Shown in pieces: positions 11,146 to 22,205 of a stretch of DNA of 31,541 nt. This DNA is from Octopus sinensis (lineage: Eukaryota). Under the pieces are notes generated by a model. The model did no database searches and was not told the DNA's origin. It saw only the letters and a program-made list of their open reading frames with translations. A program made the translations under genes and the position numbers. The stretch covers positions 1 through 31,541 of the forward strand of contig NW_021832177.1 of assembly GCF_006345805.1 (NCBI RefSeq). The letters are read 5' to 3'. Every line of letters begins with the position of its first letter. Position 1 is the first letter of the stretch.

Positions 11146-11282
11146 AAGCTTGCTTCCCAACCACATGGTTCCGGGTTCAGTCCCACTGCGTGGAACTTTG
11201 AACATTAAATTCTTCTTCCGTTCTTCAATCAATACGATCTTCATTTAGCGTCATTATTTTTGCATTTTTTTTACAGATATTG

Positions 11283-11398
11283 CAGGAGTGGCTGTGTGGT
11301 AAGTAGCTTCCTTACCAACCACATGGTTCCGGGTTCAGTCCTACTGCGTGGCACTTTGAACAAGTGTCTTCTACTATAAGCTCGGACCGACCAAATCC
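11283..11398 (+). mobile_element. Family A SINE 5' part
   Basis: caggagtggctgtgtggtaagtagc...ggttcagtcc...caagtgtcttctactata. Confidence 0.85.
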
Positions 11399-11665
11399 TG
11401 CACCAAATATATGTATAACACGAATGGAATTCTTTGATCAGATCCGCTCATCTGCCAGAGATATCAGCCAATTTTAAAACCAATTCCTACTCTGTAATCT
11501 TCAGAAAGGAAGGACAGGTTAAATAATGTAGTACTCAGCTTAAAATGAAACAAAATAAATAACAAAATATAAAGAAAAATGAAATGATCGCGTTTGGATT
11601 CTGTTCCAGTCAGTCATTTGAACTCTTGCCAGAAATAGTAGCTAATTCTTTCCTTAACAGACAAT

Positions 11666-11884
11666 AAGGCGGCGAGCTAGCAGAATCGTTTGCGCAGTGG
11701 GAAAAAATGTTTAGCAGCATTTCGTCCGTCTTTATGTTCTGAGTTCAAATTCCGCCGAGGTCGACTTTGCCTTTCATTCTTTCGGGGTTGATAAAATAAA
11801 TACCAGTTGAGTACTGGGGTCGATGTAATCGACTTACTCACACCCCCGAAATTGCTGGCCTTGTGCCAAAATTTGAAAGCATTA
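11666..11884 (+). mobile_element. Family B SINE variant with aaattgctggccttgtgccaaaatttgaa tail
   Basis: Same head and central domain as 10902-11145 but a different tail. This tail recurs at ~26870 and ~31330. Confidence 0.8.
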
Positions 11885-11891
11885 TAACCGA

Positions 11892-12106
11892 CAGAGTGGT
11901 TGTGTGGTAAGTAGCTTGCTTACCAATCACATGGTTCCGGGTTCAGTCCCAATGCGTGGCACCTTGGGCAAGTGTCTTCTACTATAGCCTCGGGCCTTGT
12001 GAGTGGATTTGGTAGACGGAAACTGAAGAAGCCCGTCGAATATATATATATATAATATATATATATATATATAATATATATATATATATACACACTATAT
12101 ATATAT

Positions 12107-12138
<32 letters not shown>

Positions 12139-12403
12139 ATATATATATAATATATATATATAATATATTATATATATATATATATTATACATGTGTGTGT
12201 GTGTGCCCAACATCGCTGACAACCGATGCTGGTGTGCTAACGTCACCGTAACTTAGCGGTTCGGCAAAAGAGACCGATAGAATAAGTACTAGGCTTACAA
12301 AGAACAAGTCCTGGGGTCGATTTGCTCGACTAAAGGCGGTGCTCCAGCATGGCCACAGTCAAATGGCCGAAACAAGTAAAAGTGTAAAAGAGTAAAAGAG
12401 TAA
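11892..12403 (+). mobile_element. Family A SINE, near full length, expanded internal (TA)n
   Basis: tRNA-like head, CORE-like cttgggcaagtgtcttctactatagcc, internal microsatellite, 3' tail ending (GTAAAAGA)n. Confidence 0.9.
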
Positions 12404-12527
12404 GGAAGATCACAGTAAACTGTTATTTATCATAACCACTAGAACACCTTCGGCTATATGGGTCGGTCTGTTTGATCAGGCTTAACCAGGTGTTAAACAA
12501 CAACAACGGCAACATAAATGGCGCTTT

Positions 12528-12910
12528 GGAAGCACTCCGTCGGTTACAACGACGATGGTTCCGGTTGATTCGAATCAACGGAACAGCCTGCTCGTGAAAT
12601 TAACGTGCAAGTGGCTGAGCACTCCACAGACACGTTACCCTTAACGTAGTTCTCGGGGATATTCAGCGTGACACAGAGAGTGACAAGGCCGGCCCTTTGA
12701 AATACAGGTACAACAGTAACAGGAAGTAAGAGTGAGAGAAAGTTGTGGTGAAAGAGTACAGCAGGGATCACCACCAACCCCTGCCGGAGCCTCGTGCAGC
12801 TTTAAGTGTTTTCGCTCAATAAACACTCACAACGCCCGGTCTGGGAATCGAAACCGCGATCCTATGACCGCGAGTCCGCTGCCCTAACCACTGGGCCATT
12901 GCGCCTCCAC
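12528..12910 (-). mobile_element. tRNA-derived SINE, family R, tail variant 2, full length
   Basis: Head gtggaggcgcaatggcccagtggttagggcagcggactcgcggtcataggatcgcggtttcgattcc with A/B boxes. 12-bp TSD aaatggcgcttt at 12516-12527 and 12911-12922. Confidence 0.92.
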
Positions 12911-13367
12911 AAATGGCGCTTTATTGACTGACCGTAGAAAGAATTCTTTAAAGCGATTAGTATTTGAGGAAGGAAGTGAAGATTACTGAATTTACAGAGT
13001 AGAGTAAGCATCGATCATTGTTATTGGTGTTTAGCGTCCCACATAACAGACCCCTGATCAAAGACGTTCTTGACTCCCACCTGCCCTTTTTTTTCATATA
13101 GGTTGTGATTCGAAGGAAGTTTGGATGCTCACATCTTTTCAATCAATCGCAAACTTTTCACCAATCGATTTTACTCACCTATCCAAAGACTTATCGACAC
13201 TGTGGGTTTTATTTTTAACTTATCCTCGAGTGTGCCAATCTACACACTAACCGTTATAAACTTTACATATTCCGATATTCATATTCCGATATTCGATATT
13301 CCTAACTCTTCATCGTTTTTCAGCTGTATATATATGTATGTGTGTGTGTGTGTATGTTTAGTATGTA

Positions 13368-13387
13368 TATAATATATATATATATAT

Positions 13388-13483
<96 letters not shown>

Positions 13484-13510
13484 ATATATATAGATACTAA
13501 CATATATATA

Positions 13511-13549
<39 letters not shown>

Positions 13550-13572
13550 GTGTGTGTGTGTGGTGTGTGTGT
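13368..13572. repeat. Long (TA)n then (TG)n microsatellite
   Basis: Direct reading of the sequence. Confidence 0.95.
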
Positions 13573-13895
13573 GTGAGGCGCAATGGCCTAGGGTTAGGGC
13601 AGCGGACTCGCGGTCGTAGGATCGCGGTTTCGATTCCCAAACCGGGTGTTGTGAGTGTTTATTGAGCGGAAACACCTAAAGCTCCACGAGGCTCCGGCAG
13701 GGGGGATGGGTGGCGATCCCTGCTGTACTCTTTCGCCACAACTTTCTCTCACTTTTTCTTCTGTTGGCCTGCTCGCTTAGCCAGCGGGGTGGCGTCATTT
13801 GAAGGCTAAAACAATGCGAAGCGCATTGTGACCAGCGATGTGTAACAACATCTGATAACAACATCTGACCTGGTCGGTCACGGTGATCACGGTGA

Positions 13896-13898
<3 letters not shown>
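13573..13898 (+). mobile_element. tRNA-derived SINE, family R, tail variant 3
   Basis: Same ~180 nt head and body as the 12528 and 1347 copies up to ccacaactttctctcact, then an unrelated tail ending cacggtgatcacggtgatg. Confidence 0.88.
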
Positions 13899-13931
<33 letters not shown>

Positions 13932-14204
13932 CAGACACATACACACGCACACTTACGTACATATGTCTATGTAATCTGGTACATTGGCCAGGTCGTTAGA
14001 CCGCCGGTTATATTGTTTGCGGTAATCGTTTCGGAACACAATGTCTGTGTTCAAATTGCATCGGAGTCAGCTGAGGTACAAATATACGAAGCCCAGTATA
14101 TCCATCATGATTTCATGTCTAATAAAAGTATACCAGGCACATGCTTCACATATGCGTGGCATGGTGACAGCATATTAAAAAAAAAAATCACGTGATTTTG
14201 CAGA

Positions 14205-14500
14205 TGGGGCCCAGTTGAAATGTTCTTCAGGTTGTGTAGGCCATCCTGCTTAAAAGGTCTCTGAATAAGTTTCGTTTAAGTATAATGAACGAATAATCAT
14301 GTTTTCAGAAGTGAATTATTCAAACCTTAAAAACTCCCCTCAGTACATTGCTATGAGACCCCTCTCCTCACTACTCCTACTCGTCATCAGTGATATACAT
14401 ATCGTCAGTTACTAAGGGATATGCTCGAATGGGTAAAGTCAAACAACTGACAAGCAAATCTGCAATAATGAACAGACTATTTGCTTTAGTCCTATTTAAA
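14205..14500. repeat. Probable high-copy interspersed repeat fragment
   Basis: gatggggcccagttgaaa...aactgacaagcaaatctg is recalled as an octopus dispersed repeat. There is no second copy in the window to confirm this. Confidence 0.35.
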
Positions 14501-14691
14501 TCAGTTTGAATCGACCCCATGCAATTTAAAGTTTCGTAGGAATCCTACAAAAACCGAGCTCGTCGGGCTCAGATATACATGCATACATACATACATACAT
14601 ACGTATGTATGTATGTATGTATGTATGTATGTATGTATGTATGTATGTATGTATGCATGCATGCATGCATGCATGTATGTATGTATGTATA

Positions 14692-15873
14692 CAAGGTGCA
14701 ACGGGCAAATTGTTGCCACTTTATATTTTAAATCTCGCGCATGCGCATTGTTTGTTTTTGATTTTGTCGACTACACAGTATAGTAGGGGCAGTTGAGCAC
14801 CGTCTGTGAGAAAAACAACACCATAGAGCACCAGAGGATTCGTAAAGTATTGGATGAGTCTAATGGTGTTTACGAAGGTACGGTAGCTCAGAAAACTCAC
14901 TCTGATCGGTCTGATAAATTCTCCTGAATTTGTCGGTGATATCCAGGCGATGATTGACAACGATCCCTCCAAGCTAATCAGGTCCATTGCCAGAGACTTG
15001 GGAGTGCCTGAGTTTCTTATCAGGCAGGTAGTGCATGAAGACATTCGGTATTCCTTATACGAGATGAGAAAGGTCCAATTTTTTCCCCAAGCCATCAAGG
15101 ACAAGATCGCGCTACGAAGCTTTTGAACAAACCCAAGTATCCCCTCCAACTGAACATGCTTTGGTTATTCTCAGACAAGAAAAATTTCTGCTGGATCAGA
15201 TGGTGAATACACAGAACAACCGTTGATTTGCCTTGTTCCCATAACATGTACCTAGAGTGATGAAAATCAAACATCCAGTCAACATCATAGAGTTTGGAGT
15301 GATCATGAGTGATGGTGACATTATGCCTCCATTCATCTTCCCACACGGCGTCAGACTTAACACGTAGGCCTACATCAAGTGTCTGGAGGAGGTAGTAATG
15401 CCCTGAGTCATGAGAGTGGTTGCTGGAAGACCCTATGTCTGGCAACAGGACTCTGCACCATGTCACACAAGAAGGAGAACCCAGTAATGACAGTCAGACA
15501 ATTTCTGCGACCACGTCACCCCTAACATTTGGCCACCTAACTCCCGACCCTGCAACCCCTTGGTTATTATGTGTGGGGCGCAGTTGAGCAAGAGACCAAC
15601 AAAACTCCTTGTTGCACCAAATATGAACTGAAGGCAAGGATTATAGCAGCATTCACCAACTTAAAGAAGGAGACCGCCCAGAAGAGTAGCAGCAGATTGC
15701 GAAGCCGTCTGGAGGCCGTGGTTGAAGCCAATGGCGATTTTATTGAATAAATTTACTCTTTAGTATTTCAAGATATTTTGATGTAATTTTGGTAAATATA
15801 TGTGTTAAAATGAGATGTCGGTGTTCTTTTCATTTTGGCGTAAATTAGACAACAGTTTATTCACCGCACACTG
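14692..15873 (+). mobile_element. Near-complete DD37D (maT-type) Tc1/mariner transposon, inactive
   Basis: TA-flanked imperfect TIRs (tacaaggtgcaacgggcaaattgttg vs reverse complement tacagtgtgcggtgaataaactgttg). Transposase motifs FSDK(E), WQQDSAPCH (D at 15449), 37 residues to the NPL(D) position, and C-terminal RLEAVVEANGDFIE*. Multiple stops and frameshifts. Confidence 0.92.
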
Positions 15874-15875
15874 TA

Positions 15876-15988
15876 CGTACGTACGTATGTATGTATGTAT
15901 GTATGTATGTATGTATGTATGTATGTATGTATGTATGTATGTATGTATGTATGTATGTATGTATGTGTATATATATATATATATATAT

Positions 15989-16042
<54 letters not shown>

Positions 16043-16056
16043 TATATGTGTGTGTG
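15876..16056. repeat. (GTAT)n/(TA)n microsatellite; continues the (GTAT)n tract left of the DD37D element
   Basis: Direct reading; the same motif occurs at 14575-14691. Confidence 0.9.
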
Positions 16057-16576
16057 CAAAGGTGTTAAATTGCCAGAATCCTAGGAAGATCGCTGATGAA
16101 CGTTAAATTCGTTTATCTATTTTTGTCGTGTTTTATCCTTTGGGCTTATTCCCAATACACACACACATACACACACACATACATACATACACATACATAC
16201 ATACATACATACACACACATATACATACATACATACATACACACATACATACATACATACATACATACAACATACATACATACATCCATACATACATACA
16301 TAATTATATATATATTTATTTAGTGGAAAAGACGGTGAAAATAGGGTGTGATAAAGAAAGGGAGAGACAGAGAAATTGAGAGAAAGAAAAATAATTAGTC
16401 GTGGGGATGATTTATGAGAGATTTGGTTTCTATTTCTGGCAGGTCGAGTGGTCACGTAAAGTGAGTTTTCTCGTCTCAGGTGTGAAGACGCAGGCGTCGT
16501 TTTTGGTTGGCTCCAGTCCCAGCCCTCAAGGAAAAGAACCCTTACATTCAAAGACATTCCAACCGTAGCCATCCCA

Positions 16577-16997
16577 CTCTTTACTCTTTTGCTCTTTAAC
16601 TTGTTTCAGTCATTTGACTTTGGCCATGCTGGAGCACCACCTTTTAGTTGAGCAAATTGACCCTAGGACTTATTCTTTGTAAGTCTAGTACTTATTCTAT
16701 CGGTCTCTTTTGCCGAACCGCTAAGTTACGAGGACGTAAACACACCAGCATCAATTGTCAAGCGATGTTGGGAGGACAAACATAGACGCACAGACATATA
16801 TGCACATACATACACATATATATACATATATACGACGGGCTTCTTTCAGTTTCCGTCTAACAAATCCACTCACAAGGCTTTGGTCGGCTCGAGGCTATAG
16901 TTGAAGACACTTGTCCAAGGTGCCACGCAGTGGGAATGAACCCGGAACCATGTGGTTCGTAAGCAAGCTACTTACCACACAGCCACTCCTGTGCCTA
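16577..16997 (-). mobile_element. Family A SINE, full length
   Basis: Complete head, CORE-like segment, short internal spacer and tail on the minus strand. Confidence 0.92.
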
Positions 16998-17119
16998 TAC
17001 TATTTATATTTCAAAAGATCTGTTTGTAGAAAATGATCTGATAGACATTTCGCTATTGTTTCTAGCAGAGTGAGTGACCACATAAAGACTCGTTCGTTCA
17101 TTTACTTGCTGTTCTTTAG

Positions 17120-17450
17120 TCACAGGTCAAACCTGGTCTAGCAGACTTGTGGTCAAAGGCATTCCAAAGGTGACCTTCTCGGCTTCTTCCAAGGCCCAGT
17201 GCATCAAAGTCTACACTGTCTAATGTGTTCATCTTCTTTTTCAGTACGGCCGGATTTGGTTTTGAGGGAGATTTGGTTACCATTTCCCGCCATTCGATCG
17301 ATCTCAGATGGGCATTCTAGCCATAACACACCTCAGCTTTTTCTAAGGCCCAGTGCAAGGACTACATTATCTGTGTTCGTCTTCTTTTCCAGAACGCCCG
17401 GATTTGGCTTGAGGGAGATTTAGCTACTTTTTCTGGTCGTTCGATCGACC
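17120..17450 (+). repeat. Dispersed family C repeat with 154 bp-period tandem duplication
   Basis: aaggcccagtgca at 17191 and 17345, each followed by ccggatttgg..gagggagattt. Related pieces at ~16410, ~20115-20240, and reverse complement at ~12460 and ~29700. Confidence 0.6.
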
Positions 17451-17927
17451 ACGCAGCCGCTCATTCGATGGCTCACTCAGTTCTCGGAAGCAGCTTGGTG
17501 GTTTGTTTTTATTCAGAAGAAACTTCAGAGACATCAGATTACTATTTACTGAGGAATAGGGAAAGGAAATTATTCAATAGTAAGTAGTTAGTAGTAGATA
17601 TTACATAACACGTTGCGAGTTGGCAGAATCGATTAGAGTGTCGTTGTAGACCCATTGTAATCTGAGTTCAAACCCTAACGAAGTTATGTAACTCTACCGT
17701 TTTTTTTTTTTTTTACATTTAGGGTCAATATTTAAACTACCAAACAAATACAAGGTTCCTTCTTTCGTGCTTTATCTATTTTCTCTTTCTCTTTCTTTAT
17801 TTTTTCGCTAACTTTATTTCTTTCTTTCTGTAACTCACCCACTCACTCTCTTTTTCTCTCTGATAGAATTGGCAACAACTGACAAGAGGGTGTACCACAT
17901 CCCCCACATGCGCCTCGCTCTCTCTCT

Positions 17928-18090
17928 CTCTCGCTCGCTCTATCTCTCTCTCTCACACACACACACAACCACCACCACCACCGCCGCCGCCGCCAACACC
18001 ACCGCCACCGCCACCACCGCCACCACCACCACCACCACCACCACCACCATCACCACCACCACCACCACCATACCACCACCACCATAACCA
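17928..18090. repeat. (CT)n/(CA)n/(ACC)n compound repeat
   Basis: Direct reading of the sequence. Confidence 0.9.
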
Positions 18091-18220
18091 CCACCAAAAG
18101 AAACCCATCAGACTTAACGCAACCAGATACCATCTGTACTCTCTCACGAAAATTCCTGCGGCTATTCGTCCATCTTCAGGTGTAACAAAAGTAGGATATA
18201 ATATATATATATAGATAGAT

Positions 18221-18284
<64 letters not shown>

Positions 18285-18288
<4 letters not shown>

Positions 18289-18677
18289 ACCAAGCGCTGG
18301 CATGGTTCGCTTAACAACCACATCGTTTCGGGTTCAGTCCCGATATGTGGCATCTTGGGAAACTGTCTTTTACTACAGTCCCGGGGCCGACCCAAGCCAA
18401 GCAAGAGGATTTCGTAGACGAAAACTGAAAGAAGCCCGTCGTATATATATATATATATATATATATGTGTATATGTGTGTGTGTGGTTGGTGTGTGTGTG
18501 TGTGTGTGTGGTGTGTGTGTGTGTGTGTGTATGCGTGCGTGTGTGTTTGTGTCTTTACGTTTAGTAGTTCGGTAAAAGAGATCGATAGAACGAATACCAG
18601 TTTAAAAACATGAGGACTATGGTCGATTCGTTCGACTAAAGAATTCTTCGTGTTGCTCCAGAATGGCTGCAGTCCAA
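18285..18677 (+). mobile_element. Diverged family A SINE with internal (TA)/(TG) tract
   Basis: Head aaccacatcgtttcgggttcagtccc, then aactgaaagaagcccgtcg, and tail gctccagaatggctgcagtccaat. Confidence 0.8.
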
Positions 18678-18795
18678 TATACATACATATCATATACATA
18701 CAAAACACACACACACACACACACACCACAACACACACACCATAACACACACACATACACACACACACATACATATATTATATATATATATATAA

Positions 18796-18845
18796 ATACA
18801 CTCATCTATTTATATATATATATATATAAATAGATGAGTGTATTT
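18796..18845. repeat. Perfect 50 bp palindrome centred on (TA)n
   Basis: aaatacactcatctattta-(ta)n-taaatagatgagtgtattt. Confidence 0.95.
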
Positions 18846-18930
18846 TTACCTTGTTAACAATAACACGGAAAAATAAATAAATAGTTACCAGGGCAGCAAA
18901 ATCTCACAAGTAAAGGTGTTGTAACTCCAT

Positions 18931-18983
<53 letters not shown>

Positions 18984-19134
18984 TATATATATAATTTAAA
19001 TATATATATAATATATATATATTATATGATATATATATATATATATATATATAGATATTATATATATATTATACATGTGTGTATGTATGTGTGTATATTA
19101 TATGTATGTATGTATGCATGTATGTATGTAGTAT

Positions 19135-19229
19135 TATGCTTCTTTCAGTTTCCATCGACCAAATCTACTCACAAAGCTTTGGTCGGCCCGAGACTATAGA
19201 AGACACGCAGCGGGACTAAACCCGGAACA

Positions 19230-19232
<3 letters not shown>
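19135..19232 (-). mobile_element. Family A SINE fragment
   Basis: gcttctttcagtttccatcgaccaaatctactcacaaagctttggtcggccc. Confidence 0.75.
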
Positions 19233-19263
<31 letters not shown>

Positions 19264-19290
19264 CTCTCTCTTTCTCTCTCAAACTCTCGC

Positions 19291-19342
<52 letters not shown>

Positions 19343-19479
19343 ATATATGTATATATATATATATTTATCTCAGACAACATAGTGACTTATATGTAGAGAC
19401 AGGTTAGACATCACATCCTGGATCACATTTTAATCATCAGCCATCCCAATGAGGCGTCGACCTGGAGCTATATAAGAGG

Positions 19480-19764
19480 AACAAGTAGTAGTAGTAGTCA
19501 TAGTAGTAAGAAGAGCAGTGGTGTTAGTAGCAGCAGTAGTAGAAGCAGCAGCTTGAAGTGCAGCTGCATCAGCAGTTGTGCGTAATAGGCGTAGTAGCAG
19601 CATCAGCAGTTTAGTATTCCTTATTATAGCTGATGCAAGTGTTGTCACAGTAGTAGTAGTAGTAGTATTTGTAGTTCTGGTAGTGGTGTTAGTAGTAGTA
19701 GTAGGTGTAGTAGCAGCAACACCAGGAGCAAAGTAGTGGTAGTAGTGACTGATGGTGGTTGCAT

Positions 19765-19809
<45 letters not shown>

Positions 19810-20010
19810 CAACAGCAGCGGCAGCAGCTGTAATAGTAGTAGTAGTAGTAGTAGTAGTATTTGTAGTTCTGGTGGTGGTGTTAGTAGTAGTAGTAGTAGT
19901 AGTGGTAGGAGAGGTGCAGTAGCAGCAACAGCAGGAGCCGTAGTAGTGGTAGTAGTGGCTGTGGTGGTGGTGATGATGATGGTGGTGGTAGTAGTAATAG
20001 TAGTAGTAGT

Positions 20011-20047
<37 letters not shown>

Positions 20048-20115
20048 ACAGCAACGCAGCAGCCAACAGCAGCAGCAGCAACAGCAGCAGCAGAAGCATC
20101 AGTAGTAGTAGTAGT
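19480..20115. repeat. Mosaic (AGT)n/(AGC)n/(GGT)n trinucleotide array
   Basis: Direct reading; accounts for the poly-S/L/V/T ORFs in the track. Confidence 0.92.
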
Positions 20116-20538
20116 GTTTAGCCCTAGGTCAGGCCTGATCGAAGAAATTTTACGATCGAAGCCCATCCTGTCACATATCGTATTTAAAGGCAAGGTATTT
20201 TTTTCACCCGAGGAAGATTTGGCTGCTATTTTTGGCTCATATTTCTTTACGGATCTTGTAGTAATATTAGTTGATGTTGCTGCTGCGGTTGTAGTTATCG
20301 TTGTTGTTGTTTAGGAAAGGTGAAACCCTACGGATACACTAAAAAACGTATAGCCAAGGTGTTTCATCAGTGATCAATTGCCTTTATATATATATATATT
20401 CATCCTTATATATATATGTATGTATATATATGTATATATATGTATATTATATATATATAATATATATATAATATATATATATATGTATATATATATATGC
20501 ATATATATGTATGTGTGTGTATATATATATTGCTGCTG

Positions 20539-20571
<33 letters not shown>

Positions 20572-20594
20572 ACTACTACGCACACACATATATT

Positions 20595-20823
20595 TTTATA
20601 TTCTTTCTTTTACTTGTTTCAGTTATTTCATTGCGGCCATGCTGGAGCACCGCCTTTAGTCGAGCAAATCGACAGCAAGACTTATTCTTTGTAAGCCTAG
20701 AACTTATTCTATCGGTCTCTTTGGCCGAAACGCTAAGTTGCGGAGACGTTAACACACCAGCATCGGTTGTCAAGCGATATTGGACACACACACACACAAA
20801 ACATATACACACACATGCATATA

Positions 20824-20895
<72 letters not shown>

Positions 20896-20990
20896 ATGTA
20901 TACGACAGGCTTCTTTCAGTTTCCGTCTACCAAATCCACTAACAAGGCTTTGGGTTCAGATGCCACGCAATGGGACTGAACCCGGAACCA
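20595..20990 (-). mobile_element. Family A SINE, 5'-truncated with internal deletion and (TA)n expansion
   Basis: Tail and central parts align to the full copies; the element breaks off at ggaacca. Confidence 0.88.
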
Positions 20991-21030
20991 GTAGACCCAA
21001 ATCTCGTCACCGGTGATGATCTTCGAAATC
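20990..21030 (-). pseudogene. Mariner transposase micro-fragment ([11 protein letters not shown])
   Basis: Minus-strand translation of the first catalytic-Asp motif. Confidence 0.6.
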
Positions 21031-21684
21031 TAACACTGCTTCTGTGACATATGATGTAGTTTTATTCAGCTATCTGTGTATCACATTTAATGGTATATAC
21101 ACTGTTGGCAAGCAAGTAACTTCAGTTTTTTTCTAGATATATTCACCTACGTATTTGTTGTATTTAAACTCACGATATGTATCGAAAGGAAATGAAAAAT
21201 CGTCCGGATAGCGGCTGATGGAAATTCCAGATGCATTTTGGTACCCCTCAAGTTTGTCAATGATTTGAGCTCGCAGTTAGCCACCTGCCTAGAAGAGATC
21301 TGTTGCCTCCGATACGTGAAATAATGAACAATGAGTTCACTGGTTGTGCGAATAGCTGACGGATTGTAGATTTCTTTCAATCCGCAGGTGTTATACCGCG
21401 AGGAAAGAAAGCATCGCCGTTAAAAGACCATCTTCTCAAGAAGATCTTGAAGTATTCTGGTCTAAGATCTGAAATGAAAAGAGAGAGAGTTCAACCATAA
21501 TACAGTTAAATACAGTTACGATAGAATACTGTACCAACATCAGCAATTGAACACACGCAAATTGATCCCGACACTTTCACAGTTGCTTTACGCAAACTGC
21601 AATATCGGAAGACACATGGAAGAGATCTAATAGTTGGATATTGGTACAAGATGTTGACGTTTTACAGAAAATCATTAATATCAT

Positions 21685-22040
21685 CCAAGACTTGGACCAC
21701 AGGCTATACGCCCCCTGCCCAATTCAAGATCACAACATACATGTACACTGCAACATAATTTCTTTTCCTCAACAGGCCCTGCCCTATTTAACATTGTCCC
21801 GAGGGAGATCAAAGAGGAAAAGGATCCCATCAACTTTAAACAGAGTCTGGATAGATTCCTTCAAAGAATACCAGATAAGCCACCCATAATTGGATACAAC
21901 TCACCCAACAAGAACTCACTACTTGAACAAAACTTGACTTAAACAGGATTCGAATAATCCTATCAGGTGGTGCTATTAAGTTAGACATGGCCTGGACCAA
22001 TCTTTGGTCGAAACATATCTAAGTTTATCTAAGTTTATGT
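21685..22040 (+). mobile_element. 5'-truncated CR1/L2-group LINE 3' end nested in the R4-like element
   Basis: Open frame 21688-21942: RLGPQAIR...TGPALFNIVPREIK...FKQSLDRFLQRIPDKP...NKNSLLE, a typical CR1-group ORF2 C-terminus. Followed by a 3' UTR stem-loop and a (ctaagtttat)2 tail. Confidence 0.8.
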
Positions 22041-22081
22041 ATATTGAAAAGGACTTTGGAAGGTAAGATTGACATACCGAA

Positions 22082-22205
22082 CGGAGATGAAGGGCTCTTC
22101 CATTGTGACAACTGCTGCTCCGCCTCAGGGTCGTATCAGTAGACCCAACTCTCGTGACCGATGATGAACCTCAACATGAACGATAAGTTATCAGCGGCAC
22201 AACCG
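22082..22205 (-). pseudogene. Mariner transposase fragment nested in the R4-like element
   Basis: FIIGHESWVY*YDPEAEQQLSQWKSPSSP corresponds to the ITGDESWVYxYDPETKQQSxQW motif. Confidence 0.8.

Noticed and set aside
16478-16562. Plus-strand exon candidate after ttttctcgtctcag
   Set aside because: The donor is weak and the 3' part overlaps a family C repeat remnant.
20990-22170. Repeated cagtagacccaa.tctcgt motif considered as an HDV-like ribozyme at the R4 5' end
   Set aside because: Both copies are the reverse complement of the mariner TGDE(S/I)WVY coding motif, and no HDV fold could be built.
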